IMG/VR virus record: IMGVR_UViG_3300000228_000008
From: an uncultured virus (IMG/VR IMGVR_UViG_3300000228_000008)
Lineage: Duplodnaviria > Heunggongvirae > Uroviricota > Caudoviricetes
DNA: 64,000 bases
Strand: one strand, 5' to 3'
Below the pieces are notes generated by a model, which saw only the letters and a program-made list of their open reading frames with translations, was not told the origin of the DNA and searched no databases. The stretch's first letter is position 1, and every line of letters begins with the position of its first letter. Below are positions 45,702 to 56,258 of the stretch, in pieces. A program made the position numbers and the translations under genes.

Positions 45702-48323
45702 ATGGCACAAGAAAATATAAATATAGCTCAACCTAATTTTTGTATATACCCATTACTTGGTACATTTGCTACTGTTGACACGACCAATGTTAATGCATTG
45801 CTTTTAGTAAAAAATAGTACAGGCGTTGTTACGGTTTCTTATACCTTTAATCCCAATATTATACAAAATACAAACATATATTACTTGGATTATATAGGAC
45901 CAAGAGAACTTAGTGTATCACGATCTGGTATGTTGTTTGTAACTATGGAAAGTGATTTAACTTCTTCTGTAACTATAAAAAAATGGAAGCTTGATAAAGC
46001 TAATAATAGATTAAATTTAGATTCTACCATAATAAAGACATCAAGTGGTTATGATACTATTGTTAGTAAGAATATGGCTGTAGGACGTTATTATACTAAT
46101 TTATCTTTAACTACTATTACTGGTACAGGAAATATTGTAATTAACAACACTGATAGTGTGGTTTCTGGTACAAAATTATATGTTGGGCCAAGCACAAATA
46201 CTTCTTATTTGGGCGCATATGAAGAAGTAGAGGCAACTTCTGTATCAGGAACAACTGTTTATATAAAATCCTCTTCAGGAGTGCCTTTACATAGTTATTT
46301 TAATTCTGGAGATCCAGTAACCTATATTGGTAATATGTATTTATTTAGTGATGTTGGTTACGCTGCTGACAATACAAAAGGAGCTTTACTTGTTTTAAGC
46401 AGTTACGATGGAACTATATTAGAAAGAAATAACAATGCTTTATATAATAATATAAAAACCGCTAATTATGGAATACCATACTATAATACTGTATGTGTTA
46501 TTAAAAATAATGAATTATTATACATAGATATAAATGATTTTAGTACAGTTAAATCCAGTAGATTGAATGTAACTAAAATAAATAGTAGTACTGTATTAGA
46601 TGTTAAAGCTATAGCATGTACTTTGTCCACTATATACAGGCTACAAAAAATTAAAATGGTACGTTCAGATATTGGTGCTTATTCAGAGATTACTTGGCTC
46701 ACATATAATTATCATGAAGATAGTTCTTATAGATATGTAGATTGTTTAAGTCTGTACACTAGTAGTAGTAGATTAGCTAATCAAGACACTATTACTATCT
46801 TTGCAAAAGTTATAGATCAGTATGGTATGGGTGTTTCTAATAAAACAGTACATTTTAACAAAGAGTATGGTGATACTGGAGGAGTTTGGGGAAATGTAAA
46901 TAAAGAGGGTATAACAGATATAAATGGTGAGTGCAGTATTACGTATACTAGTAGTTGGTATAATTCTACCATTATTACAGTTGTTAATGAAGATATAAAA
47001 GTTACAGCATATACTGATGGTTCAAATATATTAACAGGTAGCATTTATGTTTGGGCATTTTTATTTCTAAGGCTTGATGCTAAGTTTTTATTAGATAGAA
47101 CAGATTTAGGTGGTTTAGGTGTACCTTTAATAGTGCAAAAAACAAACCTAAGCACAAATATAGTAAAGCAAGAAATATTTATATCAAATTTTGTTTTAAG
47201 AAGTTTATCTAAATTTAGATTTCCTGGCGGACATGGCAGATTTGCAGGCGGTGGTGAGGTATTTACAGATTTTGCTGCAGTCCCTATTGTTAAACAGTTA
47301 CCTAAATTTGAATGTAAAATAATAGAAAAACAACTAGCTGATAAAACAGGAAAAGTTTACCCTAAACAAGTAACTACACATTTAGGTAATTGTCCAATTA
47401 GTCAAACTGTTGTAAGTAGGCATCTACCTGCAGGTGGCAATACGGATAATGTTTTTATAGCTCAATTTAAATTTATTATAGACGCAGTTCCAGCCTTATT
47501 TTCGTATAAAAATAATGTTAATACTACAATATGGTTAAGTTTAGCTCCTTACGGATTTGATTTAAATAAAAGCACATTAATTTTTAAAGTTCGGGAGGTA
47601 TCATACGTTTGTGATACAGGGTTTGTTGACTATTATGGTAGTAGTCAGCTTGTAGTCACAGAGTTTGACGCTGGAGGTGGACTTATAGGTTTAGACATTT
47701 TATACACCCCGCAAGAGTATTTTCATAATGGTGCCATAGTATATGTATATCTTTCTGTATATGATAGCGCTACACCTCCAAATATAATAGAATTAGACTA
47801 TTGGTTTGAAATTATACCTGATTACAAAGCTCCGTATATAACTAATGAGTTACCAGTAAGAAATGCTACAGAAGTACCAATAACATCAGATATATCTTTT
47901 GATATATTAGATACAGAAGTAGGTGTAGATATCAGTTCATTAGAATTGTACATAAATAATAGAAATAAATCTTTTTCTTACTATAGTATAGTTGGTGGTT
48001 TTAGAGTAACTTACAATAATGAGAATATTTTTTATTACAGTCAGGACATAGAAGTAGCTATACAAGTAAACGATTCTTCTGGACAGAAAAATGTATTATA
48101 TGATATGTGGAGATTCAAATTAATTTCAAGTGTGGCTCCTAGTATAGATTTTGAAAGTCTTACTCCGAAAGCATGTTCTAGAGGTTTGACTACTCGTATA
48201 ACAGTAATTAAACTTATTTTATTAGATGATGGTAATGGTATTGATGCCAATAGTATAGAGTTGTTGGTTGATAATACAAAAAGAGACTATAAAGTAACTT
48301 CTATTATTAAGAGGATATTATAA
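45702..48323 (+). CDS. Tail fibre/baseplate-associated protein, paralogue 3, with several Ig-like domains
   Basis: 873 aa; MAQENI start like MAYENI; AKVIDQYGMGVSNKTVHF Big-1-like motif; C-terminal Ig-like repeats. Confidence 0.6.
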   Translation: MAQENINIAQPNFCIYPLLGTFATVDTTNVNALLLVKNSTGVVTVSYTFNPNIIQNTNIYYLDYIGPRELSVSRSGMLFVTMESDLTSSVTIKKWKLDKANNRLNLDSTIIKTSSGYDTIVSKNMAVGRYYTNLSLTTITGTGNIVINNTDSVVSGTKLYVGPSTNTSYLGAYEEVEATSVSGTTVYIKSSSGVPLHSYFNSGDPVTYIGNMYLFSDVGYAADNTKGALLVLSSYDGTILERNNNALYNNIKTANYGIPYYNTVCVIKNNELLYIDINDFSTVKSSRLNVTKINSSTVLDVKAIACTLSTIYRLQKIKMVRSDIGAYSEITWLTYNYHEDSSYRYVDCLSLYTSSSRLANQDTITIFAKVIDQYGMGVSNKTVHFNKEYGDTGGVWGNVNKEGITDINGECSITYTSSWYNSTIITVVNEDIKVTAYTDGSNILTGSIYVWAFLFLRLDAKFLLDRTDLGGLGVPLIVQKTNLSTNIVKQEIFISNFVLRSLSKFRFPGGHGRFAGGGEVFTDFAAVPIVKQLPKFECKIIEKQLADKTGKVYPKQVTTHLGNCPISQTVVSRHLPAGGNTDNVFIAQFKFIIDAVPALFSYKNNVNTTIWLSLAPYGFDLNKSTLIFKVREVSYVCDTGFVDYYGSSQLVVTEFDAGGGLIGLDILYTPQEYFHNGAIVYVYLSVYDSATPPNIIELDYWFEIIPDYKAPYITNELPVRNATEVPITSDISFDILDTEVGVDISSLELYINNRNKSFSYYSIVGGFRVTYNNENIFYYSQDIEVAIQVNDSSGQKNVLYDMWRFKLISSVAPSIDFESLTPKACSRGLTTRITVIKLILLDDGNGIDANSIELLVDNTKRDYKVTSIIKRIL

Positions 48324-48353
48324 TAATCTAACTACTAGTTTATAGGTACAAAT

Positions 48354-48971
48354 ATGGGTCTGTACATAACAAATTTTTCTATACCGAAGGATAATGTAGT
48401 ATATTGTACTCCTTTATTAACTTTTAGTGTAGATATTCTGGATGATACTAATTTAGTAACTTTGTCAGGAACTTATTTATCAATTAATAGCAAGCCCGCT
48501 GTGTATACAACTACGTCTATAATTAATGGTTATAGACTTAGCTGTTCAGTAACTCCAAGTGGTACCATTTTGTTAGATGTTTTTGGAAGTAATAATATTA
48601 ATGAGTTTACTAACTCTTTATTTATACTACAGTATGGGTATGAAGTAGAATATAACAAGGTAATGTATTGGCCTAATTATACAGAAGTTCCTATAGTAGT
48701 TTCAGCTAATAATAATGTTTATAATTCTAACACTATGTATTATTCTACTTTCTTTAAAACTTCTGATTATAAAGAGTATAATTTGGAAGCGTGTATTTCA
48801 GTGGAAGGGTCAGGACAGTTAAATTTAGCTGCTTCTATATTTCCACAGAGTAAGTATTTTATGTATGGTAATTCTTATAGTATTACTATATCAGGAATAA
48901 AAGATTTTTCGGGTAATAGTTTACCTGCTAAAACATATAATTTTACGTTAGAGAGTAATCCTAACATTTAA
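48354..48971 (+). CDS. Ig-like domain structural protein
   Basis: 205 aa; C-terminal YSITISGIKDFSGN...YNFT typical of SbsA/Big-5-like Ig domains. Confidence 0.55.
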   Translation: MGLYITNFSIPKDNVVYCTPLLTFSVDILDDTNLVTLSGTYLSINSKPAVYTTTSIINGYRLSCSVTPSGTILLDVFGSNNINEFTNSLFILQYGYEVEYNKVMYWPNYTEVPIVVSANNNVYNSNTMYYSTFFKTSDYKEYNLEACISVEGSGQLNLAASIFPQSKYFMYGNSYSITISGIKDFSGNSLPAKTYNFTLESNPNI

Positions 48972-48981
48972 GGAGATAAGT

Positions 48982-50532
48982 ATGGCTGCGATAACTAGGT
49001 GGACATCATATACTCCAGCATCAACAGGTACTATAGGTACAGGTAGAAATGCTGGATGTAAAGGGGAAAGAGGGTACTCTATTGGAACATCAAGTATAGG
49101 AGATACTTTTACAATTGGCCCAACTACTAATAAATTATATATTAGTGTAGACGGTGATTCTGGACCATATATTACTTTATATTCTGGTACTAATTTAGAT
49201 CCACGTTTTGTGGCCAAAGACATAACAGAAAAAATGCGTACTTTGGATAAAAATGATGCAAGATGGGACAATGCGATGTGCGCATGGGAAAATACTCCTG
49301 GTCAAGGTAACAGATTTAAAATTTACTCTGGCACTTTAGGTGTAGCTTCTTCTGTCTCTGTTTCTACTATAGGTTCTGAAAGTGCTCATGCTATTCTAGG
49401 TTTTTCTACAGTATCAGAGGTAGGTGGGATTGCTAGTACGAATAACTTTTCAGGGACACTAAACGTCACTGGTACGTTTAAAGGAATGTGCCCTGAAGTT
49501 TACCACATAGTTATAACAAACGATAATGATGCACCAAGAGGTATAGGTACAGCTGTTAAGAATATTACTTATGATGGTGTTATGACTACTGGTGGTGTTT
49601 ATAATTATACAACGGATACTACATATACAATTACTATAGATGTTACAAATGGTACAACTTTGGCTGGAGGTACAGGCAATGTTCCTAGAATGACTTGGGC
49701 AGCTGCACCATCTGCTGACGACTCTGCTGTATCTACAGAACTTCTATATCCTAATTATTGGTATAAAGTAGGAACAAGAGGTCTTATGGTTAAATTCACT
49801 GATGCCGTGTTTTCTGCTGGTTATTGGACAGTGCCTTGTTATAAGCCAGATTATACAAGTGGTACAAATGTAACCGACGTTCCTGGGACTGCTTTAATGT
49901 CTTATAGTTCTTCAAGAGGGGATATGGCGGCTGCAGTAGTGACACCAGTATCAGGTACAAATACTAATCTTGGTACAAGAGGTTTAATGGTAGAATTTGT
50001 TCCTACAAGTGGTTCTGATTATTTAGGTATTAGGGACGAGTTCTATATTATGTGTCAAGGACCTAAACCAGAAAGTTACAATATATCTAGTGTTAATTTT
50101 GGTAATGTAACTGTTTCTACTGAATCCACAGTTAAGTGTGTTACATTTGAAATAGAATCTGGTGCTTATCAGTTGAGTTCAGTTAAGTTTGGATTACAGA
50201 GTCACGGGTCCTTCGTGCACCATTATGCAGGTAATAATGATACCATGTACAGGTTTGGTACTGTTGGTCCTGGCAATAGAGCTGGGTCTGGTACAGAGAC
50301 TGGTATAGAATGGTACCCAGGTATAGTACCAGGAGATATAGATAGTGATATTGCACCCACTTATTTGTATTCAACAAAAGCAAATCTACAAGTTGTTGCA
50401 ACAGCAGATGACTCTCAAGCAGTTGGAAATGAGTTTCTTGTAGCAGATCCAGTTTGGTTTAATATAAAACTTGGTAGTTCAGAAGTTGGATCTAGTGTGT
50501 CTAATTTTCGTAGTTTTTTTGATTACTCATAA
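48982..50532 (+). CDS. Virion structural protein, 516 aa, Gly/Thr-rich
   Basis: Strong RBS TAAGGAG; internal repeat GTRGLMV(K/E)F. Confidence 0.65.
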   Translation: MAAITRWTSYTPASTGTIGTGRNAGCKGERGYSIGTSSIGDTFTIGPTTNKLYISVDGDSGPYITLYSGTNLDPRFVAKDITEKMRTLDKNDARWDNAMCAWENTPGQGNRFKIYSGTLGVASSVSVSTIGSESAHAILGFSTVSEVGGIASTNNFSGTLNVTGTFKGMCPEVYHIVITNDNDAPRGIGTAVKNITYDGVMTTGGVYNYTTDTTYTITIDVTNGTTLAGGTGNVPRMTWAAAPSADDSAVSTELLYPNYWYKVGTRGLMVKFTDAVFSAGYWTVPCYKPDYTSGTNVTDVPGTALMSYSSSRGDMAAAVVTPVSGTNTNLGTRGLMVEFVPTSGSDYLGIRDEFYIMCQGPKPESYNISSVNFGNVTVSTESTVKCVTFEIESGAYQLSSVKFGLQSHGSFVHHYAGNNDTMYRFGTVGPGNRAGSGTETGIEWYPGIVPGDIDSDIAPTYLYSTKANLQVVATADDSQAVGNEFLVADPVWFNIKLGSSEVGSSVSNFRSFFDYS

Positions 50533-50581
50533 GTATTTAATAAAATTATAAAAATTTAAAGGGACAGTTTCGACGGAGATT

Positions 50582-50646
50582 GGTAGTGATGCTCGTTACA
50601 TCACTACCTAACCTTTTAATTTTAACTCTAACGAGGAGATAAAATG
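50582..50646 (+). promoter_or_regulatory. Hairpin whose loop is complementary to a downstream RBS (candidate pseudoknot)
   Basis: Stem ggtagtgatg (50582-91) / catcactacc (50599-608); loop ctcgtta pairs with taacgag (50629-35), which overlaps GAGGAG before ATG 50644. Confidence 0.55.
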
Positions 50647-50686
50647 TATAAAAAATACAAAATAATACACATAAAGGTATATATTA

Positions 50687-53600
50687 ATGTCTTTTACTCG
50701 TAATCCTAGACCTTTAAACAAGTGTCAATACTGGATTGAAAAGGAACCTATTCAATGTATACATTGGAATGTAGCAGACACAATATGTACTTTCGAGAAA
50801 GAAACCACTTCCATTATAGGCGGTGTAGAGACTACTTTTGTACAGAAAGGAGATCTATACCCTTATTGTAATTATATTGGTACTGCTAAGTTTTCATGTA
50901 CTACGTATGCAAATACCCCACCTTCAGAAGCATTACCAAACCCCCCACTTTCTGAAGAAACTTTAGCTAGATGTGTTCTTCCTGATCCTTATAGACATGT
51001 ATCCATGTCCATTAATTGTTCAAAGTGGGTAACTCCTCCAGAAGTAGTGGATGATCAGCCAGGAGTTTTGAATTATACAAAAATAAACGGGTACAATGAG
51101 GGTAAATGTGATTCAAAGGGCACAGATGTAACTTGTTCAGGTTTTGCACCCCATCACCTAGGTTTTGATACTGTACCAACGCAAGATGTTTGTACTATTC
51201 CAGGAGTTACCACTTCTGGTACAACAACTGCTCCTGGTTTTCCAAGTGGTTCCCATATGTCGATGAAATATGATATATTAAATAAGAGAGCTAAATTAGG
51301 TGGTTGTAAATGGTGGGGAAGTAGTAGTATTGATTTTACTTTAGAACAGTCTGCTGATGGTAAATTATCTATAAAAGCTCCTGAATTTAACTGTACTAAC
51401 CCATCTCAAGATGTACAAAGTTTTTCAGATTTTTATAGAGATACAGAAAACACTGACATTAGACCACCATGTAATGGAGCAATGCCGGAGTGTGTTAAGT
51501 ATACAGGTAATTTAGCAAGTACTGGTTTTCTGCCTTATTTAAGCTCCGTGTATTTAAGAGGTGGCGATAAAGTTATGGCTGAGCAGATACTAGAGATCAG
51601 GTATAATTTAAAAAAAGAAACCTGGGTTAAACAAGAATATTTGAATTACTTTGGGGATGAAGCCATAATATTTGCAAACGAAGGGACATCACCAGAAGTA
51701 ATACGTAATATAGAAGGTAATATTGTTGATTATAGCTTGTTAGCTATAAAAACGGAAATATCTGATTTTACTTGTTTTTCTATAAACCGTACTCAAGTTA
51801 CACTAACTAAAGGTACATCTTCAGACAGTCTTACACCTACTTTTCCAACACTAATCAAAGAACTTAAAAACCTACTTTATGAACCTATAATTAGATCTGT
51901 GTTTTATAAACTAGACGACGTAATAAATATTTTTGAAACCCCATATTCACACCATGAGTATATTTTAATTATTGGTGATTGTTTTTCATTTCAATCTAAG
52001 ATATTCGCTATAAATGCAAGTGATCCTAGCACTTCTTTTCCATTCAACGATATTCTTAGTTTTAAAAATATGTATGCTTTTCGTGAGAGTGTTTTAGGTG
52101 TAGGCAATGATCCCATACAGGCTGAACAGGCATTTAAAGATAAACATGCACAATTAGAATGTTATTTTAAAATGCTAATAAAAGGATCCCCAGATAAAAT
52201 GTATCTTAACACTTGGCCAGAAACAAGTCGTTCTTTTGCTATTAACGTAAAAACTATTTTTGGAGACAATAAAATTTTAGTTTTTGATACAAGTGCAAGT
52301 ATTTATACATTTTCTGTAATAACTATTAGAAAGGTATTTTGTGGTGGTTTACTAGCTCAAACATCGTTTGAGGTTAGTTTAGAGGAAGACAGTATGTCAG
52401 ACGCATACAACTTTGAAAAATTTTTACTTCTTCCACGTTTTTCTCCTAAAATAAGTTATAAATTTAAATCTTTTGGAAGTGGCTCTAAGGCTATTCATAC
52501 ATATATAGATACAAAAGTTTTAAAGCTTCCTAATCCAAGGATATTAGATGAAAAGCCTACATATTTCCTTGGATATCATATGTATAAAATTAAGGCTATG
52601 AATAGTTTTTTTATTGATAGCACTTGTAATTCAAAAGACACCACAAGGTTGATACTTATAGGAAATTTAGGGTATGTGCTAGTTAATATAGACGACAACA
52701 ATAAGTTACATAACGTAATAAGGAAATGGGATTCTGGAGAAGTAGATGAAAATAACAATGCTAAACCTTTAGTATTATTTTTGAAAGGTCATAATGCTAA
52801 AGGTGAGGAAATATCAATAGAGATGGAGGTTTTAGAGTATTGTACTGATCGAATGGAAAGTAACCAACTTTTATTAAAACCTAAACATTCATCTGAGTAT
52901 GTAAGACTATATAACCCATTTATAGAATTTAAACATGGTCTGTATGTATACGAAAGACATAGTTTTGGTAATATTCCTCCAAACGGTGAAGAGATACGTG
53001 ATGGTTGGGAGGAAGACGCAATACTTATACATAGTCAAGCTATTTTACAGGAGAATGGTCCAGGAAACTATACTATTACTGACTTGCCTAGATCTCCTAT
53101 GATAGCCTCTATAATGTTCTCTGGACCATTATCAGGCAGAATAAAAGGCCAAGTAAAGACTGATTTAATTATAAATGTTAAACAGCCTTACTGTAGTGAT
53201 GTAGAGATAATGTATACTTGGAGTGCTAATTATACAAATAATATACTTTTACCAGAACAATACTGCTTTGTGTCAGATATAGGGGTACGCGAGGTAGACT
53301 CAAGTGTAAAAAGTTTTTCTACTAGGTGTGGAGATCATAATTTTGGGGTCTATACTACTCATCCGTCAGCCATGTGGTATCCTTATGAAGCGTGTGACGA
53401 TTATGTTAAGTATAATTTAATGAGTGGTAATTATGACAGAGATACTGGTATTATGGAGCCTTGGTTAAATGAAAACGGGCAATGGAATCCTGAGTCAGGG
53501 CACGGCCCGCATGATATAAGAATGTTAGGCCCTGCAACACATTTTGGAGCTACAGTAGACACACATGCGCATATATGGGACTGTGGTTGTGATTATTCAT

Positions 53601-56101
53601 ATCTTAATAGTAGTATGATATCCTCAGCTTGGTTTTCTGGTTATGCTAAAATTAGAGCAGGTGTAGAGGGAGAAACATTTTTTTATATGGTACAAAATGG
53701 TGGTATTGGCCCAAAGTTTGGTAATAAACACAGGTCTTATTTACATAGTTTTAGGTCAGTGGCTGCTTTAGATTTTTATAAGCTTTCTACCGAAGGTGAT
53801 ATATCACTAGACAAAAAATGGCTTCCAATGTACGAGGCATTTTCAGATACGTCACTAAGCAAAGACTTTGTAAACTATCCTTGGAAAAATTACTTCAATG
53901 ATACCGATACAGTTTATATATACCTAAACCCTTTTGGTATTTTAATAGCGGCGGGGAATATAGATAATATCGACGTAAATGAAGAATTACTTGGTACTAG
54001 GTTTGCATTCACTGATATTTTTAATAACCACAGTACTACTACTGGGATGTTATACCCAGAGTCAAGAAAGGCGTACAGTATAGGAGAAATTTTACCTAAA
54101 ACAGTAACTGCTTGGTTAACTTATAAAGATTCTCCAAAACCTGGCACAGCTATACAATGGGCTTGGAGAGAATATTGGAAGCCACTTGAAAGAGAAATTT
54201 TTGATATTAGACAAACACTTATGAGTTTAGATTCAGATGTTTGTGATACTACTGGTTTACACGCATCTAAATATTTACATTTTTTGGATATATACTACAC
54301 TAATTATACCTATAGTTATAAAATAGAGGAGTTTAGACGTATCCCAAGAGAGGGTTTTCATGACGTAATATGGGAGCCGTCAGTATATAATGAAGAAAAG
54401 CCATTACCTACTCACTTTTTGATAAAATTGGGGATAGACGGGGTGGTTAGAGTTTTAAATCCTAGATTAGAGCTTGTTACGGATCCTGATTTATTAGATG
54501 ACGGATTAATGTTTGTGTCTAAACCGCTGCCAATAATAAAAAGACATTTGAACTTCTATAGAATATGTGATAATGGTAGTTGGTTAAATTACATTACAAG
54601 TGACACAGATTTAGAGACTATAAATGAAGAATATAATAGTCAAAATGGGTTTATTTTATATGATGGAGAAACGCGTGTAACTACTACTGGAGCTGCCGCA
54701 AGAAGTAATGCTGAGGAAGCAAAAAGGATGGTAGAAACTTGTAGTGATGCTGGTGCTGTTATAAAGTTATATTTTAATAGGGGTTTATATGTTACTGCTA
54801 ATGCAGAGCGTTTCGCTTATATACCTAAGAAGTTTTCTATTTTAGAAAAAGATTATGAAGTAAAGTTATCAGAACAATCTGAAGACGACACTGATTATTC
54901 TACAATTGATACCAGTATTTTTTATCCAGTTAATGATAATTTTAGTATAAAGTATTGCTTTATTACTGGATCTACTGTTACTATGACATTTAAATTATCA
55001 AAGCCTAAAGTTATAGGTAAATTTACTGTAGTGTTTAAAAAAGGGTTGGAAAAAGTTTCTTCAGACGGCTCAGAAATATTTAACTATTTTCATATCCCAT
55101 CTGTGTCTTTTGCGTCTTCTCGTAACACTACAAATGGTGTAGAAATTGTAGTATTAAAATCTTTTGACTTCGAATCAGCAAACAAAGAAGAATCATTAGA
55201 GCTAAAGGAAAAAGAGTATAGTTTAGACCTATCTGTGGAATATATGTCAGAATTAAGTACTTATTTTTCTATTATGTTTGATTATTCTATGGAGGATGTA
55301 ACTTTTACAAGAGATGAGATAAACGTATTTCATTATATATTTATAGAGTCTATAACATTTTATGAGGTTTTTTACATTAGCCAACAAGAAACTATTCAAG
55401 TGCATGAAAGAAAATTTAATATTTCTGTAGGAAGTTATGGAACATACCCGATTCATGGTTTTGAAAGCACAGGTTCTCTTCTATATCCAAACCCTTTCGA
55501 GTTATCTACAACTTATCAGTATGATACTACTACTGGTATGGTTGGAATGCCGAATAGTACTGGTGACTTTACTTCTGTAGGTAAAACACAAAATAGATTT
55601 TGTAAAAAAATACAAATAGATGGAGAGGAACTTAGTGGCAGTTACTTAGATTTTGAGAAAAAGCAGAAAGAGTTGTACGATGAAGTAGCTTTATCTGGAA
55701 GTAGTGAAATAATATTTAAATCCGTAGCAGACGTAGTTTTTAAAGAAGAATTAGAAAACATAGGTATAACTGATTTACCAAAATGGGAATGTAAATTTAT
55801 AAATAATACAATGAAACCATTAAAAGCTGTACAAGAAAAACAATTGTATCAACCACCTGGGCATCAGTGGACTTGGGACACAGGAAGTTTTGAAGATCGT
55901 ATTGGATGTGGTGGAGGTGGTATTGGTCAATGGAAAGCTGTATTCTATTATGTATTTGGCAGAATATCAGGTATGTACGGTTATGTTGGTGAGAGGGACA
56001 TATTCGATTTGTATTCATATGGTCTATCCGACGTTTTAACTAGAATGGCAGATCCAGCTGAGGCGGTAAGAGATCTATTAGGTGTTGGAGAGTACGATTA
56101 G
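50687..56101 (+). CDS. Large hypothetical virion protein, 1804 aa, with Cys-rich N-terminus
   Basis: Long ORF within the structural module; many Cys and Trp in the first ~270 aa. Confidence 0.7.
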   Translation: MSFTRNPRPLNKCQYWIEKEPIQCIHWNVADTICTFEKETTSIIGGVETTFVQKGDLYPYCNYIGTAKFSCTTYANTPPSEALPNPPLSEETLARCVLPDPYRHVSMSINCSKWVTPPEVVDDQPGVLNYTKINGYNEGKCDSKGTDVTCSGFAPHHLGFDTVPTQDVCTIPGVTTSGTTTAPGFPSGSHMSMKYDILNKRAKLGGCKWWGSSSIDFTLEQSADGKLSIKAPEFNCTNPSQDVQSFSDFYRDTENTDIRPPCNGAMPECVKYTGNLASTGFLPYLSSVYLRGGDKVMAEQILEIRYNLKKETWVKQEYLNYFGDEAIIFANEGTSPEVIRNIEGNIVDYSLLAIKTEISDFTCFSINRTQVTLTKGTSSDSLTPTFPTLIKELKNLLYEPIIRSVFYKLDDVINIFETPYSHHEYILIIGDCFSFQSKIFAINASDPSTSFPFNDILSFKNMYAFRESVLGVGNDPIQAEQAFKDKHAQLECYFKMLIKGSPDKMYLNTWPETSRSFAINVKTIFGDNKILVFDTSASIYTFSVITIRKVFCGGLLAQTSFEVSLEEDSMSDAYNFEKFLLLPRFSPKISYKFKSFGSGSKAIHTYIDTKVLKLPNPRILDEKPTYFLGYHMYKIKAMNSFFIDSTCNSKDTTRLILIGNLGYVLVNIDDNNKLHNVIRKWDSGEVDENNNAKPLVLFLKGHNAKGEEISIEMEVLEYCTDRMESNQLLLKPKHSSEYVRLYNPFIEFKHGLYVYERHSFGNIPPNGEEIRDGWEEDAILIHSQAILQENGPGNYTITDLPRSPMIASIMFSGPLSGRIKGQVKTDLIINVKQPYCSDVEIMYTWSANYTNNILLPEQYCFVSDIGVREVDSSVKSFSTRCGDHNFGVYTTHPSAMWYPYEACDDYVKYNLMSGNYDRDTGIMEPWLNENGQWNPESGHGPHDIRMLGPATHFGATVDTHAHIWDCGCDYSYLNSSMISSAWFSGYAKIRAGVEGETFFYMVQNGGIGPKFGNKHRSYLHSFRSVAALDFYKLSTEGDISLDKKWLPMYEAFSDTSLSKDFVNYPWKNYFNDTDTVYIYLNPFGILIAAGNIDNIDVNEELLGTRFAFTDIFNNHSTTTGMLYPESRKAYSIGEILPKTVTAWLTYKDSPKPGTAIQWAWREYWKPLEREIFDIRQTLMSLDSDVCDTTGLHASKYLHFLDIYYTNYTYSYKIEEFRRIPREGFHDVIWEPSVYNEEKPLPTHFLIKLGIDGVVRVLNPRLELVTDPDLLDDGLMFVSKPLPIIKRHLNFYRICDNGSWLNYITSDTDLETINEEYNSQNGFILYDGETRVTTTGAAARSNAEEAKRMVETCSDAGAVIKLYFNRGLYVTANAERFAYIPKKFSILEKDYEVKLSEQSEDDTDYSTIDTSIFYPVNDNFSIKYCFITGSTVTMTFKLSKPKVIGKFTVVFKKGLEKVSSDGSEIFNYFHIPSVSFASSRNTTNGVEIVVLKSFDFESANKEESLELKEKEYSLDLSVEYMSELSTYFSIMFDYSMEDVTFTRDEINVFHYIFIESITFYEVFYISQQETIQVHERKFNISVGSYGTYPIHGFESTGSLLYPNPFELSTTYQYDTTTGMVGMPNSTGDFTSVGKTQNRFCKKIQIDGEELSGSYLDFEKKQKELYDEVALSGSSEIIFKSVADVVFKEELENIGITDLPKWECKFINNTMKPLKAVQEKQLYQPPGHQWTWDTGSFEDRIGCGGGGIGQWKAVFYYVFGRISGMYGYVGERDIFDLYSYGLSDVLTRMADPAEAVRDLLGVGEYD

Positions 56102-56122
56102 GAGGTTTAAGCAGTTTTCAAA

Positions 56123-56243
56123 TAACTTATAAAAACTATAAAAACTTATTGACAACGGAGGAATCTGTAAATATAGTGAAACTACGTACTAAGAAGCAGG
56201 AACTTTACTTAAAATTTATGACTTATTAAGTTTTTATAAGTTA
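56123..56243. repeat. Perfect 15-bp inverted repeat flanking the promoter
   Basis: taacttataaaaact (56123-37) and agtttttataagtta (56229-43). Confidence 0.8.
56149..56177 (+). promoter_or_regulatory. Sigma70-type promoter TTGACA-17bp-TATAGT
   Basis: TTGACA at 56149-54 and TATAGT at 56172-77 with exact 17-bp spacing, in an intergenic gap. Confidence 0.75.
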
Positions 56244-56258
56244 AAGGAACCAGGGTAT

